DNA from: an uncultured Nitrososphaerota archaeon
Lineage (GTDB): Archaea; Thermoproteota; Methanomethylicia; Culexarchaeales; Culexmicrobiaceae
Direction: 5' to 3'
NCBI GenBank assembly: GCA_964462875.1
Contig: CAYWZQ010000001.1
Span: 132,910-196,909, forward strand
DNA length: 64,000 nucleotides
In this document: positions 46,423 to 58,121 of the stretch, one piece after another
Position numbering within the stretch: position 1 is the first letter of the stretch
How the letters are laid out: the number at the start of each line of letters is the position of its first letter
The notes under the pieces: model-generated
The model's input: only the letters and a program-made list of their open reading frames with translations
What the model was told of the DNA's origin: nothing
Databases searched by the model: none
Program-made: the position numbers and the translations under genes

Positions 46423-47802
46423 TTAAGTCTTCAATTCAATAAGCTTGCTTTTCAACTCCTCAATAACCTCGTAATAGTACTTAGAGTTCCTTAGACAGCC
46501 TGGATCTGGCCCATGGATATCCCCGAGGTATGCGAGAGCCCTCGCCCTACAGCCTCCACACACATTTTTGAAATTGCAGTTTCCACATGAACCCTTCAAT
46601 GAGCTTCTATCCCTCAAAGCTTTAAACACTTTACTGTTATTCCATATATCCGCGAAGTGCTGTTTCCTAAGATTACCAACAACTAAGTCAGGCATGAACA
46701 CGCATGGAACTACATCACCATTAGGTTGAATTGCACAATACATTCTACCAGCACCGCATCCACCTATGAACTCGGCGATCGTCTTTATGTAATTCGAAAA
46801 TGAAGTGGATCCTACATAAAAGTGCGATACAGCAGTAAATTTCCCCTCGGAAACTTCAAGCATCACTCTAGCATACTGTGGAGCAGTACAGACGACTTCA
46901 ATACCGCCCTCGATTGCGAGCCTCGAAAGCTCTTCTAGGAAAAGCTCTCGCTCCTCAGGACTTAAATCCAAATCGAGAATTTCGCGGCCTCTCCCAACTG
47001 GTATGAAGTTGAATGCAATAAACCTATTAGCACCCAGCTTCTTGGCCAACTCCACTATCCTCGGAATTTCATGAACATTAATCTTCGTGACAGTAGTTGC
47101 AATACATGTAAACAATCCCTCCTCAACGCAATTCCTTACACCCTCAATTGCAGCCTTAAATGCCCCAGGAACACCCCTAAAGCTATCGTGAACTCTTGGA
47201 TCAGCTGAATCCAGGCTTATTTCAACATATTTCACACCTGCCTCCTTAAGCTCCCTCACCACACTCCTAGTTAGAAGAGTTCCATTAGTTGCAAGTGCAA
47301 CATAAATTCCCCTCCTCGAAGCTTCATGGGCAACCCTCAATAAGTGATCTTTAACGACAAGAGGCTCCCCACCAGAGAAGGCTAAGGAAGCTATTCCCAC
47401 CTCATCCAGCTCCTCAACAACTTGAAGCTTCTCCTCCAACGTCAACTCATCACTTGAAGGCTTACCTGCACTTTGATAGCAGTGCTTACACTTTAAATTG
47501 CAAGCATTGGTGAAATTCCAGACAACAAGGAATGGAGCAAGTAAAATTTGAGGCTTAACGAGGCCAAACTCGCTTATACTGGCAAGAACATTCATTAAAC
47601 CCCTCCTAACATTGGGATCCCTCAAATACTTCTTCATCTTACTGGCCTCAACGTTAAATGCTCTAAGAGCCAAGTCAATTATTGCTGAAATCATGAAAGA
47701 ATAGAATCTGCAGGAGATCGACTTAGGCTTAGACAGGCCAGCATAGATCATTAGTGCATGCTCCAACCTTCGATAGCCACCACAAGAAGCGGACCTAGAC
47801 AT
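46423..47802 (-). CDS. radical SAM / SPASM-domain protein
   Basis: CNLKCKHCY (CX3CX2C). C-terminal Cys-rich SPASM-like CGAGRMYC...CGNCNFKNVCGGCRARA. Confidence 0.65.
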   Translation of the reverse strand: MSRSASCGGYRRLEHALMIYAGLSKPKSISCRFYSFMISAIIDLALRAFNVEASKMKKYLRDPNVRRGLMNVLASISEFGLVKPQILLAPFLVVWNFTNACNLKCKHCYQSAGKPSSDELTLEEKLQVVEELDEVGIASLAFSGGEPLVVKDHLLRVAHEASRRGIYVALATNGTLLTRSVVRELKEAGVKYVEISLDSADPRVHDSFRGVPGAFKAAIEGVRNCVEEGLFTCIATTVTKINVHEIPRIVELAKKLGANRFIAFNFIPVGRGREILDLDLSPEERELFLEELSRLAIEGGIEVVCTAPQYARVMLEVSEGKFTAVSHFYVGSTSFSNYIKTIAEFIGGCGAGRMYCAIQPNGDVVPCVFMPDLVVGNLRKQHFADIWNNSKVFKALRDRSSLKGSCGNCNFKNVCGGCRARALAYLGDIHGPDPGCLRNSKYYYEVIEELKSKLIELKT

Positions 47803-47951
47803 ACCAGCCTTGAACAGTGCTCTAACAATTGATTTTTCAATTAGAGCTCTAAAAAAAGTTGAATAACTCTACTGACACTTCAATCACCAAGTAACAGTAT
47901 TAGTTGAACTAAAATATTAATATCTTGGCAGTAAGCCATAATTAAGTTGGC

Positions 47952-49157
47952 ATGGTGAAAGTACTGAGGGGAAATGTTGCAGCATTAACTGCATCATGGA
48001 TCATATTTGGAATTGGAAGTTCCATTACAACCCCATACTACCCACTATACATTAAAGCGCTGGGTGGAAGCGACTTTCATGTAGCACTAGTGATTTCTGT
48101 TAGGAGAGTAGCTGAAATACCCCTAATAATTCCCGGGGGCTATTTGGCAGACATCATTGGCAGGAGAAAACTAATAGTGACTTTAACTTGGGCAATAGCA
48201 TTCATGTTCTTCATGTATGCACTCGCCCCAAGCTGGGAGGCACTAATATTGATCGGCATCATAGAATCCCTTCTACTACTCTACAGACCAGCCCTCCACG
48301 CAATTCTCATCGACTCTCTACCACCAGATGTAAGGGCTAAGGGAGTGCTTATTTCAACTATCATGCCGAACATTCCATGGCTAATTTTCCCACCCATAGG
48401 CGGATGGCTCGCCGACAAATACGGCATACTTGGATATCGCTATGCATACATAATTGCTGGCATAGCAGGTGTGGCAGCAGCAATTCTTCGAACAAAATTT
48501 CTAAGAGAAACACTTCCAAAGCATGAGAAGAAAGAGTCGATAGCTAAAATATTCATTAATTCATATAAAAATTCAATCAGCATGATTAAGAAATCAGATA
48601 GAAAGATAAAGTACCTAATCCTGGGCAGCATACTCATAAGTGGAATCACTGTCTCCACATACACATCCTATGCCGTAGTCTTTGCCAGCGAAGTTTTAGG
48701 AATAAGCAGGGAATTGTGGGGATGGTATAATGTTTTGGGAACCATCTCATCAACCATACTGTCACTATTAGTACTACCATTCATTGACTCAGCACCAAGA
48801 AGAGCCGTCATAGTGACCTCAAGTGCAATTTACACTAGTAGCATTTACCTCTTAACATCAGGAATGGGGCAGACAACAGTTTTACTATCAGTTGTACTCT
48901 CAACCCTTGCAAGCACACTATATCATCCAGCTTGGCAGGCCTACATAGGAGATATTGTGAAGAAAGAAGAGAGAGGAAGAATAAGTGCAATCATCTCAGT
49001 AGCCACGGTTCTAGGATTTTCATGGGCAAACCTTCTCATGGGCCATCTATACTCAGCGGATCCACTACTCGCATTTAAGATGGCATTAATAGTAGGGATA
49101 ATTGAAACACTATATTGGAGCCTAGTAATAAAAGAGCCCAAAGTGAGGTTAAATTAA
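47952..49157 (+). CDS. MFS transporter
   Basis: 12 predicted TM helices. GGYLADIIGRRK-type MFS loop motif. Confidence 0.65.
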   Translation: MVKVLRGNVAALTASWIIFGIGSSITTPYYPLYIKALGGSDFHVALVISVRRVAEIPLIIPGGYLADIIGRRKLIVTLTWAIAFMFFMYALAPSWEALILIGIIESLLLLYRPALHAILIDSLPPDVRAKGVLISTIMPNIPWLIFPPIGGWLADKYGILGYRYAYIIAGIAGVAAAILRTKFLRETLPKHEKKESIAKIFINSYKNSISMIKKSDRKIKYLILGSILISGITVSTYTSYAVVFASEVLGISRELWGWYNVLGTISSTILSLLVLPFIDSAPRRAVIVTSSAIYTSSIYLLTSGMGQTTVLLSVVLSTLASTLYHPAWQAYIGDIVKKEERGRISAIISVATVLGFSWANLLMGHLYSADPLLAFKMALIVGIIETLYWSLVIKEPKVRLN

Positions 49158-49170
49158 GTGCAGTTAAACC

Positions 49171-49584
49171 CTACTTTAATGGCACATACATGCTTGATCT
49201 AGTCGCCCTGAGGCCCGGCGCACCATGAACAACCCTCTTAGTCGTTATGGAAAACTCCCCAAGATAGTGGCCAATCATTTCAGGCGTTATCTTGATGGGA
49301 AGGAATTCCTTCCCATTATAAACATGAATTGTTAATCCAACCATTTCCGGTAGTATAATCATGTCCCTACAATGAGTCTTAATGACAACCTTCTCTCCCC
49401 TCGCAATTCTCTTCTTGGCTTCCCTAATCTTCTCTAAAAGCCTTCTCTGCTGAGGAGTTAAGCCCCTCTTTAAACTCCTCCTCTGCCTAGCTGGAAGTAG
49501 CTGGATGAACTGGTCCATAGGCATTTTTAATAGCTCTTCGAGAGTGAAGCCCCTATAGGTGAATTCCCTTGGCAATTCACTCAC
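49171..49584 (-). CDS. rps19p: 30S ribosomal protein S19 (uS19)
   Basis: [34 protein letters not shown]. Confidence 0.8.
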   Translation of the reverse strand: MSELPREFTYRGFTLEELLKMPMDQFIQLLPARQRRSLKRGLTPQQRRLLEKIREAKKRIARGEKVVIKTHCRDMIILPEMVGLTIHVYNGKEFLPIKITPEMIGHYLGEFSITTKRVVHGAPGLRATRSSMYVPLK

Positions 49585-49655
49585 CTTAATTTCTCTGGTG
49601 AAATGCTAACTATGCAACTTATAAATGTTACTTAGAATAGTTCCACTCAGAGATA

Positions 49656-50204
49656 ATGAAGTTTGAATTTGAAGTCAAAATCCCAGTTAAAGAATTGGAA
49701 AATTTGAGGAATAAGCTGGTAAGTATGGGAGCAAGAAAATTGGGCATATTTAAACAAGTAGACCTCTACTTCCAACATCCATGCAGAGACTTCAAATTAA
49801 CAGATGAAGTATTAAGGGTTAGAATGCAAAATGGAAGAACACTTCTAACATATAAGGGTCCTAGAATGAAGGGGAAGTCCAAGAGTAGACTTGAAATTCA
49901 AGTTGAAGTTTCAGATCAAAATAAAATAATATCAATTCTAAAGAGCCTAGGATTCAAGCTATCATATGAGCTAAGGAAAGTGAGGGAGCTCTGGGAAATA
50001 GGTGAAGTTAAGATAGGGCTAGACACAGTGGATAGACTAGGAAACTATGTGGAACTAGAAGTGATCAGCAATGACATTAATGAAGCAAATAGAAAGATAG
50101 ATGAGATAATAAGCAAGCTCGGCCTTGATGCAGGTAAGGTAACCGCCAAAACATATGTAGAATTGATTTTCGAGAAAATGGGAAAGCGCAAGTCAGCTAC
50201 ATAA
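49656..50204 (+). CDS. CYTH domain protein (class IV adenylate cyclase / triphosphatase-like)
   Basis: MKFEFEVKIPV start with ExExK. 182 aa with the CYTH pattern. Confidence 0.6.
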   Translation: MKFEFEVKIPVKELENLRNKLVSMGARKLGIFKQVDLYFQHPCRDFKLTDEVLRVRMQNGRTLLTYKGPRMKGKSKSRLEIQVEVSDQNKIISILKSLGFKLSYELRKVRELWEIGEVKIGLDTVDRLGNYVELEVISNDINEANRKIDEIISKLGLDAGKVTAKTYVELIFEKMGKRKSAT

Positions 50205-50237
50205 ACGGGAAAGCCAATACATATATGAGGTGAGGTC

Positions 50238-51455
50238 TTGAATTTAATCGACGAAATATATGAGAGAATCCTCAATGCATCAAACGTACTGAAAAGCGTA
50301 GTTCACGAAACACCGCTTGATAAGTCAAGAACCTTCAGCCACTGGACAGGTAGCAAGGTATACTTGAAGCTTGAAAACCTGCAGAAAACTGGTTCATTTA
50401 AGGTTAGGGGAGCCTACTATAAGATACATAGATTACTCTCGACTGGACAAGTCAAGTGTGTGGTAGCAGTTTCAGCAGGAAATCATGCACAGGGAGTTGC
50501 ATGGGCTGCATCGAAGGCAGGCATAAGATCATTAATATTCATGCCAGAATTCGCGCCAGCAGCTAAGATAAATGCAACCAAAGGATATGGAGCTGAAGTA
50601 GTACTTCACGGTAGAACACTTGAAGACTCCTATGAGAAGGCCATGGCAATGGCTGAGAAAAGCGGATACGAATTCATTCACCCATTCAATGACATGGACG
50701 TTATCGCTGGTCAAGGAACCATTGGGCTAGAAATACTAAAGCAGCTGCCAAAGACTGATGCAGTTATAGTGCCAATTGGTGGGGGAGGATTAATTTCAGG
50801 AATCGCCATAGCAATAAAGCGTAGAAAGCCTACAGTAAAGATCTTTGGGGTAGAGGCTGAAGGAGCTGCATCGATGAAGAAGAGCATTGAAATAGGCAGA
50901 ATAATTAAGCTCGAAAAAGTCGATACCATAGCAGACGGCATAGCCGTGAAGAGCCCCGGAGAACTAACATTTCAAATAGTCAAAGAATACGTCGATGATA
51001 TAGTAACAGTAGATGACTTCGAAATTTCAACTGCAATATTCAAGCTACTGGAAAGAGCAAAGGTGGTAGCTGAGCCAGCAGGAGCAGCATCAATAGCAGC
51101 ATTGCTCTCAGGGAAAATTAAGATGGAGAATAAGAACGTGGTAGCAGTAATTTCAGGCGGAAATATTGATGCATCACTTCTAGCAACAATTCTGGAGAAG
51201 AACCTGATAACTGAGGGGAGGGTTATAAGATTGCTTGTTGAATTACCGGATAAACCCGGAACATTAAAGAGAGCACTAGGAGTAATTGCAGAAGCGAGGG
51301 CAAACATAATTGATGTTTCAATAGACAGGACATCACCAAAAATCAGGCCTGGAAGAGCAACAGTACTAATTAAGGCTGAAGTACAGCACCCAAGCTACAT
51401 CAACGAAATAGTAAATAACCTTAAAAAGATAAGTTATAGCTTAAGCATTCTATGA
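50238..51455 (+). CDS. threonine dehydratase (PLP-dependent, with C-terminal ACT-like domain)
   Basis: GSFKVRGA PLP-lysine motif, GNHAQGVA, GGGGLISG. Confidence 0.8.
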   Translation: MNLIDEIYERILNASNVLKSVVHETPLDKSRTFSHWTGSKVYLKLENLQKTGSFKVRGAYYKIHRLLSTGQVKCVVAVSAGNHAQGVAWAASKAGIRSLIFMPEFAPAAKINATKGYGAEVVLHGRTLEDSYEKAMAMAEKSGYEFIHPFNDMDVIAGQGTIGLEILKQLPKTDAVIVPIGGGGLISGIAIAIKRRKPTVKIFGVEAEGAASMKKSIEIGRIIKLEKVDTIADGIAVKSPGELTFQIVKEYVDDIVTVDDFEISTAIFKLLERAKVVAEPAGAASIAALLSGKIKMENKNVVAVISGGNIDASLLATILEKNLITEGRVIRLLVELPDKPGTLKRALGVIAEARANIIDVSIDRTSPKIRPGRATVLIKAEVQHPSYINEIVNNLKKISYSLSIL

Positions 51456-51473
51456 GCATGAGGTGACTATGTT

Positions 51474-51857
51474 ATGGTTAAGGAAGCCGTATTGACGGAT
51501 AAAGCTCCAAAACCAGTTGGACCATATAGCCAAGCAATCAAAGTCGGAAACTTCCTATTTATTTCAGGGCAAATACCAATTGACCCTAAAACAGGGAAAA
51601 TAGTTGAGGGGGGCATTAGAGAGCAGACCAAGAGAGTTCTAGACAACATTAAGGCGATACTAGAGGCAGCTGGATTTAGCTTAGACGATGTCGTCAAGGT
51701 ATTCGTATTCCTCAAAGACCTCTCACTCTTCACCGAATTCAACGAAGAGTACTCCAAGTACTTTAGGGAAAAACCGCCAGCTAGATCAACAGTAGCCTGC
51801 GAAATACCTAAGGGCGCACTACTAGAGGTCTCGGTCATAGCATATAAGGGTGAATAG
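51474..51857 (+). CDS. ridA: RidA/YjgF reactive-intermediate deaminase
   Basis: [25 protein letters not shown]...ARSTVAC...EVSVIAYK. Confidence 0.75.
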   Translation: MVKEAVLTDKAPKPVGPYSQAIKVGNFLFISGQIPIDPKTGKIVEGGIREQTKRVLDNIKAILEAAGFSLDDVVKVFVFLKDLSLFTEFNEEYSKYFREKPPARSTVACEIPKGALLEVSVIAYKGE

Positions 51858-52788
51858 ATTGACAAATAAGACGATCAAAACAATTCAGAGGTGGATAGCT
51901 GAAATCGATTATGATAGCATTACGCGTTTAATTAATAGAGCGCTTGAAGCAATTAGAGGTGATGAGCAAAGAGCAGCCAACCTAACAGCTGAAGGAGGAC
52001 TAGTGAAAATTAGGAGTAGGAAGGGGAGAATGCTGGTGATAGGAGATGTGCATGGAGACCTGGAAACCCTCATAAAAATACTGAAAAACGAGGATGCCAT
52101 TGAGAAGCTCGAGCAAGGCGACATGTACATAGTTTTCTTGGGAGACTACATAGATAGAGGACATGAATCACTCGAAGTAATGGCCTTAGTCCTAAACTTG
52201 AAGTGCAGCTACCCCGATAAGGTGGTTCTACTTAGGGGAAATCATGAGGGCCCGGATGATTTAATCGCGCATCCCCATACGTTCCCCTATGAACTAGCCT
52301 TGAAATTCGGAGGCAAAGCTCAAAGCCTATACTTAAAATTTAGGAAGCTATTTAACGCAATGCACCATGCAGCCATGACAAGTAACGGAATCATAATGCT
52401 ACATGGGGGAGTTCCAACAGAGGCGGAAAGCATAGATGATGTAATTAGGGCAAGAGAGCTCCATCCAGAAAAGCCCCATTTAACTGAAATTTTATGGAAT
52501 GATCCAGATGAAAGTGGAGTTAAGGGAGCCTATCCGTCACCGAGAGGAGCAGGAAAAATGTTTGGCATCGATTGCACCGAGAAGTTCTTGAAAATAGTTA
52601 ATGGGAAAATCCTGGTGCGAGGACATGAAGCAGCATTAAACGGTTACAAGATAAGCCATGAGGGAAGAATTGTAACCCTATTTTCCAGAATTGGACCACC
52701 ATATTGGAACTTGAAGGCAGCATACATAGTTTTTGATCTAGAAGATGAAGCGATAAGGGTGCGGGACTCCATAAAGCTAATTGAGTAA
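51850..52788 (+). CDS. PPP-family Ser/Thr protein phosphatase (metallophosphoesterase)
   Basis: GDVHGD, GDYIDRG and GNHE motifs. Confidence 0.7.
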   Translation: MNRLTNKTIKTIQRWIAEIDYDSITRLINRALEAIRGDEQRAANLTAEGGLVKIRSRKGRMLVIGDVHGDLETLIKILKNEDAIEKLEQGDMYIVFLGDYIDRGHESLEVMALVLNLKCSYPDKVVLLRGNHEGPDDLIAHPHTFPYELALKFGGKAQSLYLKFRKLFNAMHHAAMTSNGIIMLHGGVPTEAESIDDVIRARELHPEKPHLTEILWNDPDESGVKGAYPSPRGAGKMFGIDCTEKFLKIVNGKILVRGHEAALNGYKISHEGRIVTLFSRIGPPYWNLKAAYIVFDLEDEAIRVRDSIKLIE

Positions 52789-52840
52789 ATAAAAGCAAAC
52801 TTTTTATAGCATGTATTTAAAGAGAGCTTAGCTTAAAATC

Positions 52841-53335
52841 ATGAAGAGAAGTGGAGTAGGGTGGAGTAAATTGCCCCGTTGGGGCTACTCAATAGTTGGC
52901 TTAGATCCGGATAGAACTGCAATAGCTAGTGGTAGGGATCTGCGTATTTCATATAAGGCTGCAGTCGAAATATGCGCATTCATTAAGGGTATGAAGCTCA
53001 CTGAAGCACAAAAATACCTTGAAGATGTGACTAGGAAGAAGAGGCCAATTCCATTTAAGAGATTTACTGGAAAAGCCGCTCACCATAGAGGAATAGAGGG
53101 ATGGCCAATAGTAAGATGGCCAGTTAAAGCTGCAAGGGAAATACTGAAGGTTTTAAAGAATGTGGAGGCAAATGCGGAGTATAAGGGATTAGACGTTGAG
53201 AAGCTAAGAATAATACACATAGTAGCTCATAAGGGTCCGAAACTCAGGAAATACATTCCCAGGGCATTTGGTAGAGCAACACCATATTTTGAACAGCTAG
53301 TTCATATTGAAGTTGCAGTAGCCGAGGAGGAGTGA
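52841..53335 (+). CDS. rpl22p: 50S ribosomal protein L22 (uL22)
   Basis: PRWGYSIVGLDPDRTAIASGRDLRISYKAAVEI. True start probably the TTG near 52871. Confidence 0.8.
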   Translation: MKRSGVGWSKLPRWGYSIVGLDPDRTAIASGRDLRISYKAAVEICAFIKGMKLTEAQKYLEDVTRKKRPIPFKRFTGKAAHHRGIEGWPIVRWPVKAAREILKVLKNVEANAEYKGLDVEKLRIIHIVAHKGPKLRKYIPRAFGRATPYFEQLVHIEVAVAEEE

Positions 53336-53982
53336 GCATGGTTAACGTTAAAAGGTACTTCATCATGGAAGGACTCAAGAGAATGGAAATAGACGAATAT
53401 TTGTCGGAAAGGCTTAGGAGAGCAGGCTATGCTGGCGTGGAAATTCAGAGAACACCATTGGGAACGAGAGTTACAATCTATGCTGAAAGACCGGGAATAG
53501 TTATTGGAAGAGGTGGAGTTAACATAAGAGAATTGGCTGAAATCCTCGAAAAGAGATTTGGAGTTGAAAACCCACAGATAGCAGTTGCCCAAGTTCAAGT
53601 ACCCGAGCTCAACGCCAAAATCATGGCTCTCAGAATTGCGAGGGCCATGGAGAGAGGCATGCACTTTAGAAGAGCTGCATTCATAGCATTGAGGCAAATA
53701 ATGGAGGCAGGGGCTAGGGGAGCTGAAATAATTATTAGTGGAAAGCTGAGGAGCGAAAGAGCAAGATATGAAAAGTTCAGGGCCGGCGAACTATTAAAGT
53801 CTGGCAAGCCCCATGAGGAGCTAGTCGACGAGGCAGTCACCTATGTAGCTCTAAAACCAGGAATATATGGTATAAAAGTGAGAATTATGCCTCCAGCTAA
53901 AACACCCGACGATATAGCGATAAAAGAAGCAGCACCCATGCCTTCAGAGGAGGGAGGAGGAGTTGCCAATACTGAGGGTTGA
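53332..53982 (+). CDS. rps3p: 30S ribosomal protein S3 (uS3)
   Basis: KH domain GIVIGRGGVNIRELAEIL. 216 aa. Confidence 0.9.
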   Translation: MSMVNVKRYFIMEGLKRMEIDEYLSERLRRAGYAGVEIQRTPLGTRVTIYAERPGIVIGRGGVNIRELAEILEKRFGVENPQIAVAQVQVPELNAKIMALRIARAMERGMHFRRAAFIALRQIMEAGARGAEIIISGKLRSERARYEKFRAGELLKSGKPHEELVDEAVTYVALKPGIYGIKVRIMPPAKTPDDIAIKEAAPMPSEEGGGVANTEG

Positions 53983-54184
53983 TGAAATAAGAAAGATGAG
54001 CCCAGAAGAGAGAATGAAGAAGCTATCAGAGCTGAGAGCAGAGCTCGCTAGGCTTAGAGCACTAGCAGCAAGTGGAGCGCCACTAGACAACCCCATGAAG
54101 ATAAGGGAAATAAGGAGAACCATAGCCAGAATACTGACCATTCAAAGGGAGGAGGAGCTTGGAATCAGGAGGAGTAGTAAATGA
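53963..54184 (+). CDS. rpl29p: 50S ribosomal protein L29 (uL29)
   Basis: LRVDEIRKMSPEERMKKLSELRAELARLR. Confidence 0.85.
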   Translation: MPILRVDEIRKMSPEERMKKLSELRAELARLRALAASGAPLDNPMKIREIRRTIARILTIQREEELGIRRSSK

Positions 54185-54465
54185 AGATCACCCCCAAAAA
54201 TCTCGTGATGCACGAACTCATAGGCCTACACGTAAAGGTGAGCAGCAGTACGCATCCAGGATATATTGGTATTGAGGGAGTAGTGGTGGATGAAACCATG
54301 AAAACCCTTCACATACTTCATAAAGGCAGAGTGAAGATAGTCCCCAAAGCATGCTCAATATTCCACTTTACACTACCAGATGGAAGCATAGTTGAAGTTG
54401 ATGGGAAAGTAATTTTAGCGAGACCTGAAGATAGAGTAAAAAGAATTCCAAGAAGGAGGTGGTGA
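54181..54465 (+). CDS. rnp1: RNase P protein component 1 (Rpp29)
   Basis: Conserved position between L29 and S17. [34 protein letters not shown]. Confidence 0.6.
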   Translation: MKITPKNLVMHELIGLHVKVSSSTHPGYIGIEGVVVDETMKTLHILHKGRVKIVPKACSIFHFTLPDGSIVEVDGKVILARPEDRVKRIPRRRW

Positions 54466-54466
54466 A

Positions 54467-54820
54467 GTGCCAGCTAGAAACATCGGAGTACCAGGAATCA
54501 AGCCACCGGAGAGAGAATGCAACGACCCGCTATGCCCATTTCACGGCCACATAAAGGTAAGGGGGAGAATAATTGAGGGAGTTGTCGTTAGTGCAAAAAT
54601 GCATAGAACGGTTATCGTGAGAAGAGACTACTTGCATTACGTACCCAAGTACAAGAGATATGAAAGGAGGAAATCCCGAATACCAGCACACAACCCGCCA
54701 TGCATAGATGCTAAGGAGGGGGATAAAGTTAAAATAATGGAGTGCAGACCACTAAGTAAGACTGTGTCATTCGTAGTAATAGCTAAAGTGGAGGAGAAGA
54801 AGGGTGGCGAAGAGAGGTAA
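54467..54820 (+). CDS. rps17p: 30S ribosomal protein S17 (uS17)
   Basis: [36 protein letters not shown]. Confidence 0.85.
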   Translation: MPARNIGVPGIKPPERECNDPLCPFHGHIKVRGRIIEGVVVSAKMHRTVIVRRDYLHYVPKYKRYERRKSRIPAHNPPCIDAKEGDKVKIMECRPLSKTVSFVVIAKVEEKKGGEER

Positions 54821-55229
54821 AGGCGCAATAGGGGTCTCATATAGGCATGGAGTGAGCCCAGGATTACCCGTGGGAGCCTACGTAAAATGCGCTGATAATA
54901 GTGGAGCAAAAGTAGTCCAAATTATAGGTGTTGTTGGAGCAAAAACCAGACTTCGCAGACTACCCCAAGCAGCTGTAGGCGACATGGTTGTAGTGTCAGT
55001 TAAAGAGGGGACACCTGAAATGAGAAGACAAGTTTTAAGAGCAGTTGTCATTAGGCAGAGAAAGCCCTATAGGAGAATGGATGGTACATGGATTCAATTT
55101 GAAGACAATGCTGTAGTAATAGTGACACCTGAAGGTGATCCAAAGGGCACGGAAATAAGGGGGCCCGTAGCCAAGGAAGCAGCCGAGAGATGGCCAAGAA
55201 TAGCAGGGCTCGCAACAATGATAATTTAG
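54804..55229 (+). CDS. rpl14p: 50S ribosomal protein L14 (uL14)
   Basis: [17 protein letters not shown]... Confidence 0.9.
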   Translation: MAKRGKGAIGVSYRHGVSPGLPVGAYVKCADNSGAKVVQIIGVVGAKTRLRRLPQAAVGDMVVVSVKEGTPEMRRQVLRAVVIRQRKPYRRMDGTWIQFEDNAVVIVTPEGDPKGTEIRGPVAKEAAERWPRIAGLATMII

Positions 55230-55253
55230 CTTTAGTAATGAGGTGAACATGCC

Positions 55254-55643
55254 TTGAAAACCCTATTCTGGAAAACCAAGTCGAAGAAGCCGAAAAAGCA
55301 GAGAAAAGCACTATTCAGAGCCCCATTACATAAACGAAGAAAGGTTATGTCTGCACCCCTCTCACCAGAGCTGAGAGCAAAGTATGGAAGAAGATCATTC
55401 CCCATAAGAAAGGGGGACACAGTACTAGTAATGAGGGGGGACTACGCGGGATATGAAGGGAAAGTGGTTAAAGTAGACTTGAAAAAGTATAGGATTCATG
55501 TGGAGGGTATAACTAGGAGGAAAGCTGATGGAACGGTCATCTACATCCCAATACATCCATCCAAGGTGATGATAACCAAGCTCGACCTATCAGATCCAAG
55601 GCGTAGAGAAGCACTAGAGAGAAAGCTTGTGGAGGCGAAGTGA
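55254..55643 (+). CDS. rpl24p: 50S ribosomal protein L24 (uL24)
   Basis: KOW motif [25 protein letters not shown]. Confidence 0.85.
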   Translation: MKTLFWKTKSKKPKKQRKALFRAPLHKRRKVMSAPLSPELRAKYGRRSFPIRKGDTVLVMRGDYAGYEGKVVKVDLKKYRIHVEGITRRKADGTVIYIPIHPSKVMITKLDLSDPRRREALERKLVEAK

Positions 55644-56415
55644 GTTGGGTAGGAAGGGACCTAAAAGGCATTTGAAAAGGTTTCCAGCACCATCATTCTG
55701 GCCCATTGAGAGGAAAGCCTATAAGTTTACTGTGCGTCCTAGTCCAGGCCCCCATCCACTTGATAGGTGCATACCATTACTGGTAGTTGTAAGAGACATA
55801 TTGGGATATGCTGAAACTGCGAGGGAGGCAAAGAAGGTTATTAAGGAAAGGCAAATTAAGATTGATGGAGTACCGAGGACAGACCATAAGTTTCCGGTTG
55901 GATTAATGGATGTAATTGAAATACCAGCTGCAAACGAATATTACAGAGTTTTACCGCATCCTCAGAAGGGAATGATACTCCATCCAATTCCACCCGAAGA
56001 AGCCACATTTAAGCTCTGCAGGATAGAGAACAAGACAACTGTTAAGGGAGGACACATACAGCTAAACCTACATGATGGACGAAACCACTTGATCAGAGTA
56101 TCAGATCCAATGAAGCCTGTTGAAGATGTTTACAAGACACTCGATGTAATTAAACTAAGCATACCAGAGCAAGAAATTCTAGACCACATAAAGTTCGAGA
56201 AGGGAGTAATAGCCATAGTAATTGGAGGAAAAAACATCGGCTTAACTGGAAGAGTAGTCGAAATTGAAAAGCGATTCGGCAGGCATAGAAGTATAGTAAC
56301 ACTTGAAGCAGCAACAAAAGACCTATTCAAGACCAGTCTCGCATATGTCTTCCCAATAGGAGTTGATAAGCCATTAATATCACTTCCAAAGGAGGCGGGA
56401 TGGATTGAAAGCTGA
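55627..56415 (+). CDS. rps4e: 30S ribosomal protein S4e
   Basis: [33 protein letters not shown]. Confidence 0.9.
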   Translation: MWRRSELGRKGPKRHLKRFPAPSFWPIERKAYKFTVRPSPGPHPLDRCIPLLVVVRDILGYAETAREAKKVIKERQIKIDGVPRTDHKFPVGLMDVIEIPAANEYYRVLPHPQKGMILHPIPPEEATFKLCRIENKTTVKGGHIQLNLHDGRNHLIRVSDPMKPVEDVYKTLDVIKLSIPEQEILDHIKFEKGVIAIVIGGKNIGLTGRVVEIEKRFGRHRSIVTLEAATKDLFKTSLAYVFPIGVDKPLISLPKEAGWIES

Positions 56416-56980
56416 AGTAGAGGACATTAGAAGCGAAGAAATAAGCGGAGAATTGAAGCTGGAAAATCCCATGAGGCAAATTAGAATTGAAAAAGTAGTA
56501 GTAAACATGGGAGTTGGGCAATCAGGAGAGAAACTCGAAAAAGCCGTGAAAGTACTAGAAAGCCTAACAGGCCAAAAGCCCTCCAGAAGAAAAGCGAAAA
56601 AGACAATAAGAGAGTTCGGCATAAGGCGCGGAGAGAACATAGCATGCATGGTTACCCTTAGAAAGGAGAGAGCAATAGAGTTCCTACGCAAAGCACTAGT
56701 AGCCGTTGGTAATAGGATAAAGGCTGGAAGCTTCGATGAATATGGAAACTTCTCTTTTGGAATAAGGGAGCATATAGATATTCCCGGAACAAGATACGAC
56801 CCTGAAATAGGGATTTTCGGAATGGACATCTGCGTTTCATTTGAGAGGCCGGGTTATAGAGTTAAGAGAAGGAGAATTAAAAGAGCGAAAATCGGTAAGA
56901 ATCATAGGATTACTAGAGAAGAAGCTATGGAGTACATGAGAAAAGTATTTGGAGTAGAAATAATTGAGGAAGAAGAGTAG
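56405..56980 (+). CDS. rpl5p: 50S ribosomal protein L5 (uL5)
   Basis: [20 protein letters not shown]... Confidence 0.9.
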   Translation: MKAEVEDIRSEEISGELKLENPMRQIRIEKVVVNMGVGQSGEKLEKAVKVLESLTGQKPSRRKAKKTIREFGIRRGENIACMVTLRKERAIEFLRKALVAVGNRIKAGSFDEYGNFSFGIREHIDIPGTRYDPEIGIFGMDICVSFERPGYRVKRRRIKRAKIGKNHRITREEAMEYMRKVFGVEIIEEEE

Positions 56981-56991
56981 GTGGTGAATTA

Positions 56992-57156
56992 ATGGGAAAG
57001 TACAGGCCGCCAAAAGTTAGGAAATTCGGTAAGGGAGCAAGACCATGTAGAAGATGCGGATCCTATGGGCCAATAATTAGGAAGTATGGGCTAAACCTGT
57101 GCAGGCAGTGCTTTAGAGAAGTAGCGGAGAAAATTGGATTTAAAAAGTACATGTGA
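56992..57156 (+). CDS. rps14p: 30S ribosomal protein S14 type Z (uS14), 54 aa, not in ORF track
   Basis: [54 protein letters not shown]. Confidence 0.85.
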   Translation: MGKYRPPKVRKFGKGARPCRRCGSYGPIIRKYGLNLCRQCFREVAEKIGFKKYM

Positions 57157-57172
57157 GGTGGTCGAGTTGACA

Positions 57173-57559
57173 ATGATGGACACGCTTGCAAATGCTCTAG
57201 CAACAATAATGAATAATGAAGTTAGAGGAAAAAGCGAATGCATAATAATGCCAGCATCAAAGCTAATAGCAAACGTGTTGAGAGTAATGCAAAGATATGG
57301 CTACATAGGTGAAATAGAGTATATAGATGATGGCAGGAGTGGAAAGATAAGAGTACAGCTATTGGGGAAAATAAATAGGTGCGGAGCAATAAAGCCGAGA
57401 TTCCCAGTAAAGCATAGGGAAATAGAGGAATGGGAAAAACAATACCTGCCAGCTAGAGACATAGGAATACTGATAATATCAACTTCAAAGGGCATAATGT
57501 CAAACAGAGAAGCTAAGCAGCAGAGAATTGGAGGAATATTATTGGCATACGTTTATTAA
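57173..57559 (+). CDS. rps8p: 30S ribosomal protein S8 (uS8)
   Basis: [25 protein letters not shown]... Start at the ATG after the S14 stop (track ORF begins at 57134). Confidence 0.85.
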   Translation: MMDTLANALATIMNNEVRGKSECIIMPASKLIANVLRVMQRYGYIGEIEYIDDGRSGKIRVQLLGKINRCGAIKPRFPVKHREIEEWEKQYLPARDIGILIISTSKGIMSNREAKQQRIGGILLAYVY

Positions 57560-57563
57560 GGTG

Positions 57564-58121
57564 ATGAAAATGCCCAAAGCATTTAAGGCACAAGCTGAAG
57601 TCGAAATCCCACCTGAAGTCGAAGTCAAAGTAGATGGTAAAAGAGTAGTCGTTAAGGGGCCAAAGGGAACTCTAGAAAGAGACTTTTCCCATGCGAGAAA
57701 TGTTTACTTGAAAATTGAAGATGGTAAAGTTATAATTGAATCCCTCTTCCCTAAGAAAAAGGATGAAGCTTTAGTTGGAACCCTGGCAGGCCATATAAAA
57801 AACATGATTAAAGGAGTAACTAAGGGATTTAGATATAAATTAAAAATCGTTTATGCTCACTTTCCAATCTCAGTTAAAGTTGAAGGAGATAAAGTTATAA
57901 TTGAAAACTTTCTTGGAGAGAAAGTTCCTCGAGTAGCCAAGATAGTTGGAGATGTTAAAGTCAAAGTTGAAGGTGATGATGTAATTGTTGAGGGAATAGA
58001 TATTGAGTCCGTAGGGCAGACAGCTGCAAATATTGAACTCGCAACGAAAATTAAGGACAAAGACCCTAGAGTCTTCCTCGACGGAATATACGTTTACTCA
58101 AGAGGAGTGATGGAAGAGTGA
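57564..58121 (+). CDS. rpl6p: 50S ribosomal protein L6 (uL6)
   Basis: [35 protein letters not shown]. Start placed after the S8 stop. Confidence 0.85.
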   Translation: MKMPKAFKAQAEVEIPPEVEVKVDGKRVVVKGPKGTLERDFSHARNVYLKIEDGKVIIESLFPKKKDEALVGTLAGHIKNMIKGVTKGFRYKLKIVYAHFPISVKVEGDKVIIENFLGEKVPRVAKIVGDVKVKVEGDDVIVEGIDIESVGQTAANIELATKIKDKDPRVFLDGIYVYSRGVMEE

